DNA of 64,000 bases, taken from positions 68,609 through 132,608 of the forward strand of contig CAYWYR010000002.1 in NCBI GenBank assembly GCA_964462685.1, written 5' to 3'. Below the pieces are notes generated by a model. It was not told the origin of the DNA. It saw only the letters and a program-made list of their open reading frames with translations, and searched no databases. Origin of the DNA: an uncultured Hyphomicrobiales bacterium. GTDB taxonomy: Bacteria; Bacteroidota; Ignavibacteria; Kapaibacteriales; UBA2268. Every line of letters begins with the position of its first letter. Positions within the stretch are counted from its first letter, which is position 1. The position numbers and the translations under genes were made by a program. This document shows positions 1-8,162 of the stretch, piece after piece.

Positions 1-512
1 CATGTGGGCATAAAGAAGCCGTTGGTTGAAATGGAAGTCTGCAATGTGCCGCCATGGAACATATCGTTCAGCACGCCGTGTACCAGCTCGTGAAAAATCA
101 CGTGTTGGTATTGTGAGTAATCACCTTGAAAGGGTATTACTATCCTGTTTTTGAATAGTGTGGTAACACCGCCGGTGTTCTCCGATAGAAACTGACCGAT
201 AATATTGTTCTGCTGGAACTGGTTGTGTGAGCTATAGACTACAAAGGTTATTCGTTTTTTAATACTGTAGTTGAGTTCGAATTCGATTTCCTTTAGAGCT
301 TTTTCGGCTTCTACGCCGCAATAGGTGGCAAGATCATACCCGCCTTGGTGGTAATACACATCGAAATGCTCGGTCTGGATGTATTTGTAATCGAACTCTT
401 CATACTGCACCCTGTTTTTCCCGAACTGTGCGTTTAGGTCGTAGCTTGAGATCAGCCCGATAAAGAGGATTGAAAAGAAGGATATAAATTTTAAAACGTA
501 GCTGCTCATCAT
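1..512 (-). CDS. N-terminal part of a secreted HExxH metallopeptidase-like (peptidase MA-like) protein; runs off the window start
   Basis: Hand translation from ATG at 512/509: MMSSYVLKFISFFSILFIGLISSYDLNAQFGKNRVQYEEFDYKYIQTEHFDVYY...HVIFHELVHGVL. It has a signal peptide, the FGKNRVQY start seen in FCB peptidase-MA/PD40/BamA-type proteins, and an HExxH motif. Confidence 0.7.
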   Translation of the reverse strand, partial: MMSSYVLKFISFFSILFIGLISSYDLNAQFGKNRVQYEEFDYKYIQTEHFDVYYHQGGYDLATYCGVEAEKALKEIEFELNYSIKKRITFVVYSSHNQFQQNNIIGQFLSENTGGVTTLFKNRIVIPFQGDYSQYQHVIFHELVHGVLNDMFHGGTLQTSISTNGFFMPT

Positions 513-679
513 CTTTTAATATGGTATTTATTATGTCTATCATTATAGATTACGATACAAGTGTACCTTTATGTTATAAAATAGATGCATAAAGTGAATA
601 GAAACAATTTAGATATACAAGCGTTATTGATTTTACGGCAGATTGAACCTTCCGTAAAGTAGTGTCTATAAACAAAACC

Positions 680-1048
680 GGGGGCGTACCGGCTTCGACG
701 GGTTGAATGACGCTAGCTGGTCGCACGTGGTGCTCTGTCTCGGTGCTGCACCTAAATACAACCGATTCACTTGCAATAAATGCAGAAGACAACTACGCAC
801 TAGCTGCCTAAACATTACGCAGCTACATCTTACGAGTAACGTGCCCATCAGGGACTTGTAAGATGACGCCAAAGATGGGATAGCCTTCGGTTATGCTTAC
901 CGAACCGAAAGCGAAACTTCAAGGAAAGCATGGCATTGGGCGCCTGTGGCAAGGCATACCCCGATTGCCGAGAAACAATATTGCCACTAAACGTGTAGAA
1001 GCCGCAGTGGAAGCTTCTCGGACGCGGGTTCGACTCCCGCCGCCTCCA
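680..1048 (+). ncRNA. ssrA: tmRNA; tag reading frame 782-811 encodes (A)AEDNYALAA*
   Basis: 5' GGGGGCG(680-686)...GGCTTCGAC pairs with 3' CGCCTCC-A(1041-1048). T-arm GCGGG-TTCGACT-CCCGC. The resume context ATAAAT-GCA is followed by GAA GAC AAC TAC GCA CTA GCT GCC TAA. Confidence 0.95.
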
Positions 1049-1077
1049 CATAACCTACGTAACTTGATTACGGTAAT

Positions 1078-1110
1078 AGCCTGCTCTTAGATAGAGCGGG
1101 CTTTTTTTTT
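1078..1110 (+). terminator. Intrinsic terminator of ssrA
   Basis: AGCCTGCTCT-TAGAT-AGAGCGGGCT stem-loop followed by a T run. Confidence 0.8.
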
Positions 1111-1387
1111 TAGGGAGTTTGAGCCGGCAGGATAGTGAAATCTGCGTCGTACACCCTATAATAAGTCGAGTGCTTCCCCTCTCCCGTTATCGAACCCTCT
1201 TGATCAGATAGGCCGGTTATGGCGGTTGCGTCCTCGGTCAGGCGGTTCTCCATCTCCATACCCTGGAAGCCGTAGCGGTGAAGGTGAACTTGTCGCGATG
1301 TCTATTACCATGACATCGACCCCAGCTATAATCCTCTATCAAAAGGCCGAAGGGGTAGTAGTTGGATAGGCTGATGAGCGGCCTCAT
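1110..1387 (-). pseudogene. Degenerate RHS repeat-associated core fragment
   Basis: About 1140-1377 aligns by eye to 4710-4915. It encodes LSNYYPFGLLIEDYSW and, after a frame-breaking insertion, RYGFQGMEMENRLTEDATAITGLSDQEGSITGEGKHSTYYRVYDAD. Confidence 0.85.
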
Positions 1388-1562
1388 TATCAGAGACCAC
1401 AAAGCTGGACAGGCTTACGCCAATAAATGAAAAAGCCCTGCATCTCTGCAAGGCTTCTATTATCGTATTTAAATATTAATCTTTCTTGTTACTTAGTTTT
1501 TCGTAAACGATACGTTGTTCAGAATTTTCAATATGAGATTTTACAGCAACAAAATTATTTTC

Positions 1563-1940
1563 TTATAACTTCATTTTTTTATCAACAATAGCTAAGTCAT
1601 GCATCTCAACAAAACTGATTATAGCTTTAAGAATACCTTCATATTCACTTGTATAGTCTACCCTGAATGAAACCGAAATAACAATATCATTTTCATTTTT
1701 ATACACTTCAAAGCGATTTGATTCCTGATTTCCAAAAAGAATTATATCGGTACTCCAAGATGTCTTTTTGGGCAAGATTTGACCAATTTCATCAAAAAAA
1801 TCAGTTTTAATTGGCTCTATAAGCCAACAGGATTCGTCATCTAAAAAACCATCTTCGTCTAAATAGTCTTTCAAACTAACGTCTCCTCTTGCAAAGGTAC
1901 TTTTGGGTATTACTGTAAAATTATATTGCCAAATAGCCAT
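1563..1940 (-). CDS. Putative orphan immunity protein (MAIWQ... type)
   Basis: Small acidic AT-rich ORF starting 3 nt after the stop of a toxin-tip remnant, inside the RHS array. The immunity role is inferred from position. Confidence 0.6.
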   Translation of the reverse strand: MAIWQYNFTVIPKSTFARGDVSLKDYLDEDGFLDDESCWLIEPIKTDFFDEIGQILPKKTSWSTDIILFGNQESNRFEVYKNENDIVISVSFRVDYTSEYEGILKAIISFVEMHDLAIVDKKMKL

Positions 1941-1943
1941 AAC

Positions 1944-2140
1944 CTACTTCATATATTTCCAGTACCCAGGATGTTTACCTGGTTGAAGTATTAAATCAGC
2001 TGGGGCCTTATACCCTGCATACGGCAGCTGAACTTGTTTAACAGGAACATTTCCTGTAAACCTTCCAAGATTGGTTATGAAATTATTAATCGTAAATGAC
2101 CTGAAAGCTGTAGTGCTTGTCTTAGCGGTAACTCCTTCTA
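1944..2140 (-). pseudogene. Headless toxin C-terminal remnant
   Basis: Open frame without a start: EGVTAKTSTTAFRSFTINNFITNLGRFTGNVPVKQ...KHPGYWKYMK*, wedged between two immunity-like genes. Confidence 0.5.
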
Positions 2141-2422
2141 TTAGTTTACATTGATATTTTCATTAATTGCAAACTTTGTAGAATCGCATAGATTATTGTA
2201 TGCATCAGGATTAAAATTTTTGTTTCTGAACCATATTTCAGCAAGGGACTCTCCAACAGAAGACAAAATAACATCATCAACACTATCATCCTTCCCAACT
2301 TTTAGCAGTGCATCAATAACTTCGTAAGAGTCAAAAGCTGATAAATCCATTGCTGCATCATCCCTTTCTGAAATGGATGCGGATTTATCCAATAATATTT
2401 TTATTAATTTTTTTTCCTTCAT
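2141..2422 (-). CDS. Putative immunity protein (helical, HEAT-like) for the upstream orphan toxin
   Basis: ATG at 2422 lies 1 nt after the toxin stop (2424-2426). Sequence MKEKKLIKILLDKSASISERDDAAMDL...; the ORF-track start at 2461 overlaps the toxin and is less likely. Confidence 0.65.
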   Translation of the reverse strand: MKEKKLIKILLDKSASISERDDAAMDLSAFDSYEVIDALLKVGKDDSVDDVILSSVGESLAEIWFRNKNFNPDAYNNLCDSTKFAINENINVN

Positions 2423-2423
2423 T

Positions 2424-3395
2424 TTAATAAAGTGGTAAATGTGTGCCAACTGCTTTTCCACCTGTCTGTCCAGTAAAGGGATTCACAAAATTTCCAGGCC
2501 CAAGTCTCGCATCAAATCGTGGAACTTGACTTCCTGCTTCCAATCCTGATCGCGTTGACCCTTGTGCTTTTATTTTTAGTCTCCAAGAAAAGTTACCAGC
2601 ATCATCATAAACACCCCATACTTGAGGCCCTCCAGTATTTGGTCCTTTTACAAAACCTTTACTTTTTGCCCAATTTTGTAGTGTTCTAACATTTTGTTGT
2701 CCAACTTTCGGTAGTTGCTTAACTAATGCATTAAATCCACTCGCCCCCTTAGCGACACCTCCGGTTCCTTCCTCTTTTTTCTTAACCTTCGGTTTGGTTT
2801 TGAGCATCGACCGCCCACCAGAGGCAGCCAATGCAAGAACTTCCTAAGGCTCCATGCTAGAGGCAAGATAGCTCATGTCATCTGTTACCGCGCCAACAGG
2901 GTCTATTCCGCTCATCGTATGTACGAATAGACCGTACCCATAGTTCGCAGCCGTTGCATAGCCGTTATAAACCCGGGTTGTTATAGCGTTTGCCGCAAAA
3001 GCGAAGAACCCGCCACTCTCTACTTGGGGTATGTATGGGACAACCTCGAAGCCCAGTCTTCCTTCGCTAGTGAACTGCGTGGTGTAAGCATCAACTTTGG
3101 CCCCGTATTCGGCGCGCTCCAGGGAATAAGCAGCTTCGGCCGCGGCTTGCATCTGGCGATTGACATGTCCCTGGGCTATGTCGAAGAAAAAGCTATTAGA
3201 ACCAGAACCCATGTCTGATACTGGATCTGGGTCGGCAGTTACGGTAAGTTCATTGTGGTGGAATTCCCCATCCTTCCACTCCCCGTCCGCCCCGAGCGGA
3301 TCGATAATGCTTATCGGGTTATTGTCAAAGGCGTTGTACGGGCTCTGGAACGGGTGTCGAGGCCTATCGAAAATGTCATAGATATTATCAATAAC
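2424..3395 (-). pseudogene. Orphan RHS C-terminal toxin module interrupted by one in-frame TAG (2844-2846)
   Basis: The frame opens at 3395 with no start and encodes HPFQSPYNAFDNNPISIIDPLGADGE. It continues through ORF 2844..3212, a TAG, then in frame EVLALAASGG... to GTHLPLY*. Confidence 0.85.
3281..3356. repeat. 76-nt homology block shared with 4600-4675 (RHS core end, DPLG junction)
   Basis: Hand alignment gives about 67/76 identical positions. Confidence 0.9.
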
Positions 3396-3506
3396 CTATG
3401 GTTTAAATAGATTTACAACTTATTCATAATCACTTCTTACCTTTAGTTATTTATTTTAACTATTACAAATCAAAAATAATTTTACCTTATTGATTCATAG
3501 AACATT

Positions 3507-3776
3507 TTACCACCATTCATCTGGAATATTTTTCATCTGCTCAAAAACATCCCAATCTGTTGGTTTCATTTCGGGTTCAGACCACTCACATTTCATGTCT
3601 TCAATCCAATACAATCTATATTCTCGGTGAAAGGGAAAAGGGTAATCTTGGATTCCAAACTCAACTCCACAACAAGTGCATATATCATATGTAGGATATT
3701 CCCCTTCTTGCCAAATCACATAATCCCCGTAATCAAAACCGCATATCCTACAAATAGTTTCGTCTTTTTTCACCAT
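3507..3776 (-). CDS. Cys-rich (CPCC-like) putative immunity protein of the main RHS toxin
   Basis: CRICG...ICTCCGVEFG motif; overlaps the toxin stop by 7 nt. Confidence 0.7.
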   Translation of the reverse strand: MVKKDETICRICGFDYGDYVIWQEGEYPTYDICTCCGVEFGIQDYPFPFHREYRLYWIEDMKCEWSEPEMKPTDWDVFEQMKNIPDEWW

Positions 3777-5440
3777 ATCTTTGCCTCGATACCTTTTTTA
3801 CTATTCCAAAATTCTTGATTATTTTTAAATTTATGTCCTCTTGAATTATTTAAGCTCTTAGGACCTGGTTTATATAATGTTCGAGGAGTCCCATCAGGTG
3901 CATATGCTCCATATATGTTACTTTTTTTATTCCATAGTATTATATCACCGTTTGGCTGGAACTTAACACTCGTACCTCTTCCAGGATTATTGAAGAAATC
4001 TTCAGCCTTTTTAACGTATTGTGTAGCATTATGCACATCGGGGAAATCAGCTCCATGATCGATAAAGTGTTTCTTCGCATTTTTTGCACGATTTCCATAT
4101 TTGCCTAGTGTCCAAAAACTCTTCTTCGGGCTTCTGGACAACGCACCGTAAAGCATAGCTGCAGCAAATCCCTGTACTTCCTCGTCACCTGCTTCCAAAA
4201 GGTAATTTACGGTGGCCGTAATATCTATGTTACCTATAGAATTAGCTATTGATTTTCCATAATCAATTGGGTCTCTGACAAAATCTGTGATCTCTAAACT
4301 TGTCGTATTAAATAGACTCCAAAGGTTGTAATCTAACCAGTTATTTTCATTTTTTATTCGATTATCTTCTTGATAATAATAAAGATGCGTACCGTTTGGA
4401 TCTACAAAACCTATATTATTTTCATTATTCTGATAGTTAAAGAGATTACCATATGCCAACAAGTGTGTTGCATGTCCATCCGAATTCATTAAAGGGACTG
4501 CATCGGACGGCACTTGGCTTGAACCGCCATCAGGGTTAGGAATCGTTTGGCCATGTGGTTCAATTGGTGAATCTAAGCCATCTGCATCTCCACTTTCTTC
4601 CCCGTCCGCCCCGAGCGGATCGATGATGCTTATCGGATTATTATCAAACGCCGTATAAGGGCTTTGGAACGGGTGAGTGACGGGATCGGGGGACCACCAG
4701 CGGCCGAGATCTGCGTCGTACATCCTAAAATAAGTCGAATAGTGCTTGCCCTCTCCCGTAATTGAGCCTTCTTGATCAGATAGGCCGGTTACGGCTGTTG
4801 CGTCCTCTGTCAGGCGGTTCTCCATTTCCATGTTCTGGAAGCCGTACCTATATAGGTCACTAGCCCAGCTATAATCCTCTATCAAAAGGCCGAACGGGTA
4901 GTAGTTGGAGAGGCTCACAAGCTCAGGCTCGAACGTGCCGCCCGTGTTCCGCCGGGCATCGGTGATTACCGCCCGCACCGACCCCAGATGGTCACGAAGC
5001 TCGAACCGCTTGCGGCCCTGCTGGCGGTACTCTTGCCGCACCGTGTCCCCCGAGCTGTTCAGAAGGCCAAGCGAGTCTGTAGTGCGGTTTTCCAGCAGGC
5101 TGACACGGTAAGGGAAGGTGTTCTTGGGCAGCCACGTCAGTTCCCGCCCCGTGGCACCGTAGGCCGAGTAGTGGGTAAGGTCGGCATCGTCGATGCTATA
5201 TCCCAGATATTCTATCCAAGGCCCGTCCCCTTCATATATGGCCAGTACCTCACCGCCGGCACCGGGAGCGAAGAGAGTAAGGCCAAGCCCGTACTCGCGC
5301 AAAGTGCCGTAGCTGGAGCCGATACCGTAATATTTGGAAACATCCTCCTCGAGGGCGGCCGACCATGTTTGCTCGGCGTACTTGTGCCCTTCGGGTGTGT
5401 ACCAGTAGTCGGTGTGGATCTGGTAGGTCTTCTCGCCCAA
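3770..5440 (-). CDS. RHS repeat-associated core protein with C-terminal toxin domain, 5'-truncated (frame open to 5512)
   Basis: Motifs FELRDHLGSVRAVITD, SNYYPFGL, YRYGFQ, RMYDADLGRWWSPDP and PYTAFDNNPISIIDPLG. C-terminal HFIDHGADF...RTLYKP domain. No ATG or signal region upstream. Confidence 0.9.
   Translation of the reverse strand: MGEKTYQIHTDYWYTPEGHKYAEQTWSAALEEDVSKYYGIGSSYGTLREYGLGLTLFAPGAGGEVLAIYEGDGPWIEYLGYSIDDADLTHYSAYGATGRELTWLPKNTFPYRVSLLENRTTDSLGLLNSSGDTVRQEYRQQGRKRFELRDHLGSVRAVITDARRNTGGTFEPELVSLSNYYPFGLLIEDYSWASDLYRYGFQNMEMENRLTEDATAVTGLSDQEGSITGEGKHYSTYFRMYDADLGRWWSPDPVTHPFQSPYTAFDNNPISIIDPLGADGEESGDADGLDSPIEPHGQTIPNPDGGSSQVPSDAVPLMNSDGHATHLLAYGNLFNYQNNENNIGFVDPNGTHLYYYQEDNRIKNENNWLDYNLWSLFNTTSLEITDFVRDPIDYGKSIANSIGNIDITATVNYLLEAGDEEVQGFAAAMLYGALSRSPKKSFWTLGKYGNRAKNAKKHFIDHGADFPDVHNATQYVKKAEDFFNNPGRGTSVKFQPNGDIILWNKKSNIYGAYAPDGTPRTLYKPGPKSLNNSRGHKFKNNQEFWNSKKGIEAKIW
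4600..4675. repeat. 76-nt homology block shared with 3281-3356
   Basis: Hand alignment, see the 3281-3356 entry. Confidence 0.9.
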
Positions 5441-5518
5441 GCCTGGATCGATCGTGAACCTGCGGGTGCGGGTGCTGCGTTTCGGCTTGCCGGAAGTTTG
5501 GCTTTGGATAATTCAGGT

Positions 5519-6307
5519 TTAAGGGAAAATCCTTGTTTTAGGAAGTGCTGACTTTTTACTTTTAGGGACTTTTAGCTTTCTCTCTATTATATCCTGAAAA
5601 CTATATCCGGAATTGAAAAGCTGCATTTTAAACGCCACTTCTACATATCTGGGCAGTATTTTTTCATATATTAGAAAATATCCTATCATACCAAGCATAA
5701 AGCCACCTATGGGATCCATTATCACATGGAATTTGAGAGCTACTGTACCCCATGAAGCTCCAAGGGTATAAGGCAAGGTTATCCAAAAAGCTATACGCCA
5801 ATGCCTGATCAGAAATAAAGAAAGAACGACCATCGGTACTACATGATAGCTCGGGAAAGCCCCATAAGGCACACTGGATTCATAGAGAGCCTGGACAATA
5901 CCGAACACAGTAGAACTCATTATGGCCGGGTCGTGCTGCATTATCATAACAGGTTCTGCTGTGGTAGGGAAAGCCAGATATATACAGAAACATAATAACA
6001 GCAATACTATATAAGTAATGTATAGGCTGAAAATCTGTTTTACGTTGATCTTTTTATTCAGGCAAAGGAAAAACCCGAGTGCTGGAAAGCACATATACAG
6101 TACATAAGGCAGGTAAAACCAGAAATTGAAGGGTATATATTTATCCAGAGGAGAAACTAAGGCTACAGGTTCCCCAAGATATGCCCCTAACTGCCCTACA
6201 AAAGGGTATAAAGATAGTAGAAAGTAAAGTAAGGTCATAAGTGGAAGGAATGCTATGAGTTTTACTTTGAACCCATAATCTTCAGTATCATGAAAAGCCG
6301 GTCTCAT
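5519..6307 (-). CDS. PAP2-family membrane phosphatase/phosphotransferase (IPC synthase-like)
   Basis: Multiple TM segments; AFPSYHV and KFHVIMDPIGG match the PAP2 C2/C3 motifs. Confidence 0.8.
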   Translation of the reverse strand: MRPAFHDTEDYGFKVKLIAFLPLMTLLYFLLSLYPFVGQLGAYLGEPVALVSPLDKYIPFNFWFYLPYVLYMCFPALGFFLCLNKKINVKQIFSLYITYIVLLLLCFCIYLAFPTTAEPVMIMQHDPAIMSSTVFGIVQALYESSVPYGAFPSYHVVPMVVLSLFLIRHWRIAFWITLPYTLGASWGTVALKFHVIMDPIGGFMLGMIGYFLIYEKILPRYVEVAFKMQLFNSGYSFQDIIERKLKVPKSKKSALPKTRIFP

Positions 6308-6494
6308 TTATTAAATCTTCTGATAGTTTTTTATATCACAAACTATAATATTAGACAGTTTCTTCTGGGTATGATTGTAGTGTATAACCAACGGTTTACA
6401 TCGCCACTATTTATTGAATATATCAAATTATGCTTAATAATAGCCAAGCATATATTTAACCTAAGCTTAACTTTATCTGAACTTATGTCTCTGG

Positions 6495-6502
6495 CAAAAG
6501 TA
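6495..6502 (-). promoter_or_regulatory. Candidate Bacteroidetes-type -7 promoter element TACTTTTG
   Basis: Matches TAnnTTTG, upstream of the PAP2 gene. Confidence 0.4.
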
Positions 6503-6644
6503 ACGAAAACAGTTGTTCCACTTTTATTTAGACGTTTTGCGACTTTTTTTTTCGTCATGTTACATTATAATAACGGTATGAATCGTCATGCTGAAAAACC
6601 ATGTATATTAACACAGTTTTAACATAAACTAAACATTAGGTGAT

Positions 6645-7616
6645 ATGAAAAAAACCCTAGCACTACTGGCGGCATTATCAATGCCATTTTTTATGACATC
6701 ATGCGATGATGATGACGATGATGACAACCCTGTTATAGTAACAGAGACATCGATAACGGATCTGGCTGTAGCGACCCCTGAGCTTTCTACTTTAGTAGCA
6801 GCACTTGAAAGGCTTGAGCTTGATGATGATTTCGATATGGTTGATGGTACAGAATATACTGTATTAGCCCCAACCAATACCGCTTTCCAAGAGCTACTTG
6901 ACAGCAATGAAGACTGGACAACACTAGATGATATCCCGACTGAAACCTTGGAAATGGTTCTAAACTATCATGTTATAGGTGCGGAACTGATGAGTGATGA
7001 TATACAGGAAGGTTCTGGATGGGCTACTACTTCTGCTATGGGCCCAGGTGATAACGGTATTTCACTTTATATCAACCGTACTGGTGAAGTAGTAATGTTT
7101 GACGAAGCAACAGTATCTACAGCTAACGTTGATGCGGACAATGGTGTAGTTCATATTATAGATAAGGTTCTTATGCCTAAGAACTTACTGAATAGAGCTA
7201 TGTCGCTTGATAACTTCTCAACTCTAGTAACTGCAGTTCAGTTCCCAGGGCTTACAACTGATTTTGTAGCTGCACTTGACGGAGACGGACCTCTTACGGT
7301 ATTCGCACCTGATAACGACGCGTTTACAGCCCTACTTGAGAGCAACGAGGCTTGGAATGGTTTAGGTGATATTGGTGCAGAGCTATTAAATAGTGTACTT
7401 CTATATCACGTGGCAAGCGGCAATTTCCAATCATCACAACTAACTGATGGTATGCCTATACCTACATTACTTGATGGCCAGGGTTTAGAGTACAGTGCCG
7501 GTATGAGCACACTTCGCACTACATCCGGAGCCGATGTAATGATCACAGGAACTGACATCCAGACTACAAACGGCGTTATCCATGTAGTAGAAGATGTACT
7601 AGTGCCGGGTTCATAA
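6645..7616 (+). CDS. Fasciclin (2x FAS1) lipoprotein
   Basis: Lipobox MTSC followed by poly-Asp; two repeats of TVLAPTNTAF / TVFAPDNDAF with NGVVHIIDKVL / NGVIHVVEDVL. Confidence 0.92.
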   Translation: MKKTLALLAALSMPFFMTSCDDDDDDDNPVIVTETSITDLAVATPELSTLVAALERLELDDDFDMVDGTEYTVLAPTNTAFQELLDSNEDWTTLDDIPTETLEMVLNYHVIGAELMSDDIQEGSGWATTSAMGPGDNGISLYINRTGEVVMFDEATVSTANVDADNGVVHIIDKVLMPKNLLNRAMSLDNFSTLVTAVQFPGLTTDFVAALDGDGPLTVFAPDNDAFTALLESNEAWNGLGDIGAELLNSVLLYHVASGNFQSSQLTDGMPIPTLLDGQGLEYSAGMSTLRTTSGADVMITGTDIQTTNGVIHVVEDVLVPGS

Positions 7617-7643
7617 TATCCGATAGATATAGATAGGATTATG

Positions 7644-7682
7644 AAAAAAGGGTCAGCCTGTAATTAGGCTGACCCTTTTTTA
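7644..7682. terminator. Intrinsic terminator (bidirectional shape)
   Basis: AAAAAAGGGTCAGCCT-GTAATT-AGGCTGACCC-TTTTTT. Confidence 0.85.
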
Positions 7683-7744
7683 TTGTCTTAATATAAAAAG
7701 AGACGGTTTAAGGAATAAACCTATAGCAATAAGCTTACGGAAAT

Positions 7745-8022
7745 AACCTCTCACCTTTACCACCGTTTGCAATCACCCCGTCTCAATTTTTGGGTACAAG
7801 TACCCTCTCTCTAACACAAACTTAACAATCTTAACCGAATCTTCATATAATATTTTTAATAAAAGATATAATGCTTCGAGTTTGCCAATAGTGTGGAAAA
7901 CGATCCACACAAATATTGAATTATCAATAAATCTTAACAATTAATTCATATTCACTTTACATTAGGCTATTAACTTTGTATTGCTTGATAAAAAAACCTC
8001 TCACCTTTATCACTTCTGCAAT
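7745..8022 (+). repeat. Two copies (7745-7773 and 7995-8022) of AACCTCTCACCTTTAYCAC...TGCAAT
   Basis: 15-nt exact match AACCTCTCACCTTTA plus a shared CAC and TGCAAT. Confidence 0.85.
7934..7978 (+). promoter_or_regulatory. Candidate phoX promoter: 11-bp-spaced TTAACA/TTCATA/TTTACA boxes and a TAACTTTG -7 element
   Basis: Hexamers at 7934, 7945 and 7956; TAACTTTG at 7971-7978. Confidence 0.45.
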
Positions 8023-8162
8023 ACACTGTTTCATATATGAAACAAACTATGCGGATAACCATCTGGCTAAAAATCAAGATAGATTATGTAACCAGATGTG
8101 TGTGAAAAAAGGGAAGCAGAAACAAAACCCTTTATTCATTATCTAATTAGGAGCACTTCGTA

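Noticed and set aside
574-1090. Short ORFs 574..792, 666..872, 848..1051 and 893..1090
   Set aside because: They overlap the tmRNA; MWRRRESNPRP is the typical antisense translation of a tRNA-like 3' end.
1140-4915. Diversity-generating retroelement (TR/VR) explanation for the repeated RHS segments
   Set aside because: Mismatches are not adenine-specific and are mostly synonymous, and there is no reverse transcriptase in the window. Ordinary RHS core homology explains them.
1048-5520. Integrase-mediated island with att direct repeats at ssrA
   Set aside because: I found no integrase and no second copy of the ssrA 3' end near 5520 or elsewhere by eye.
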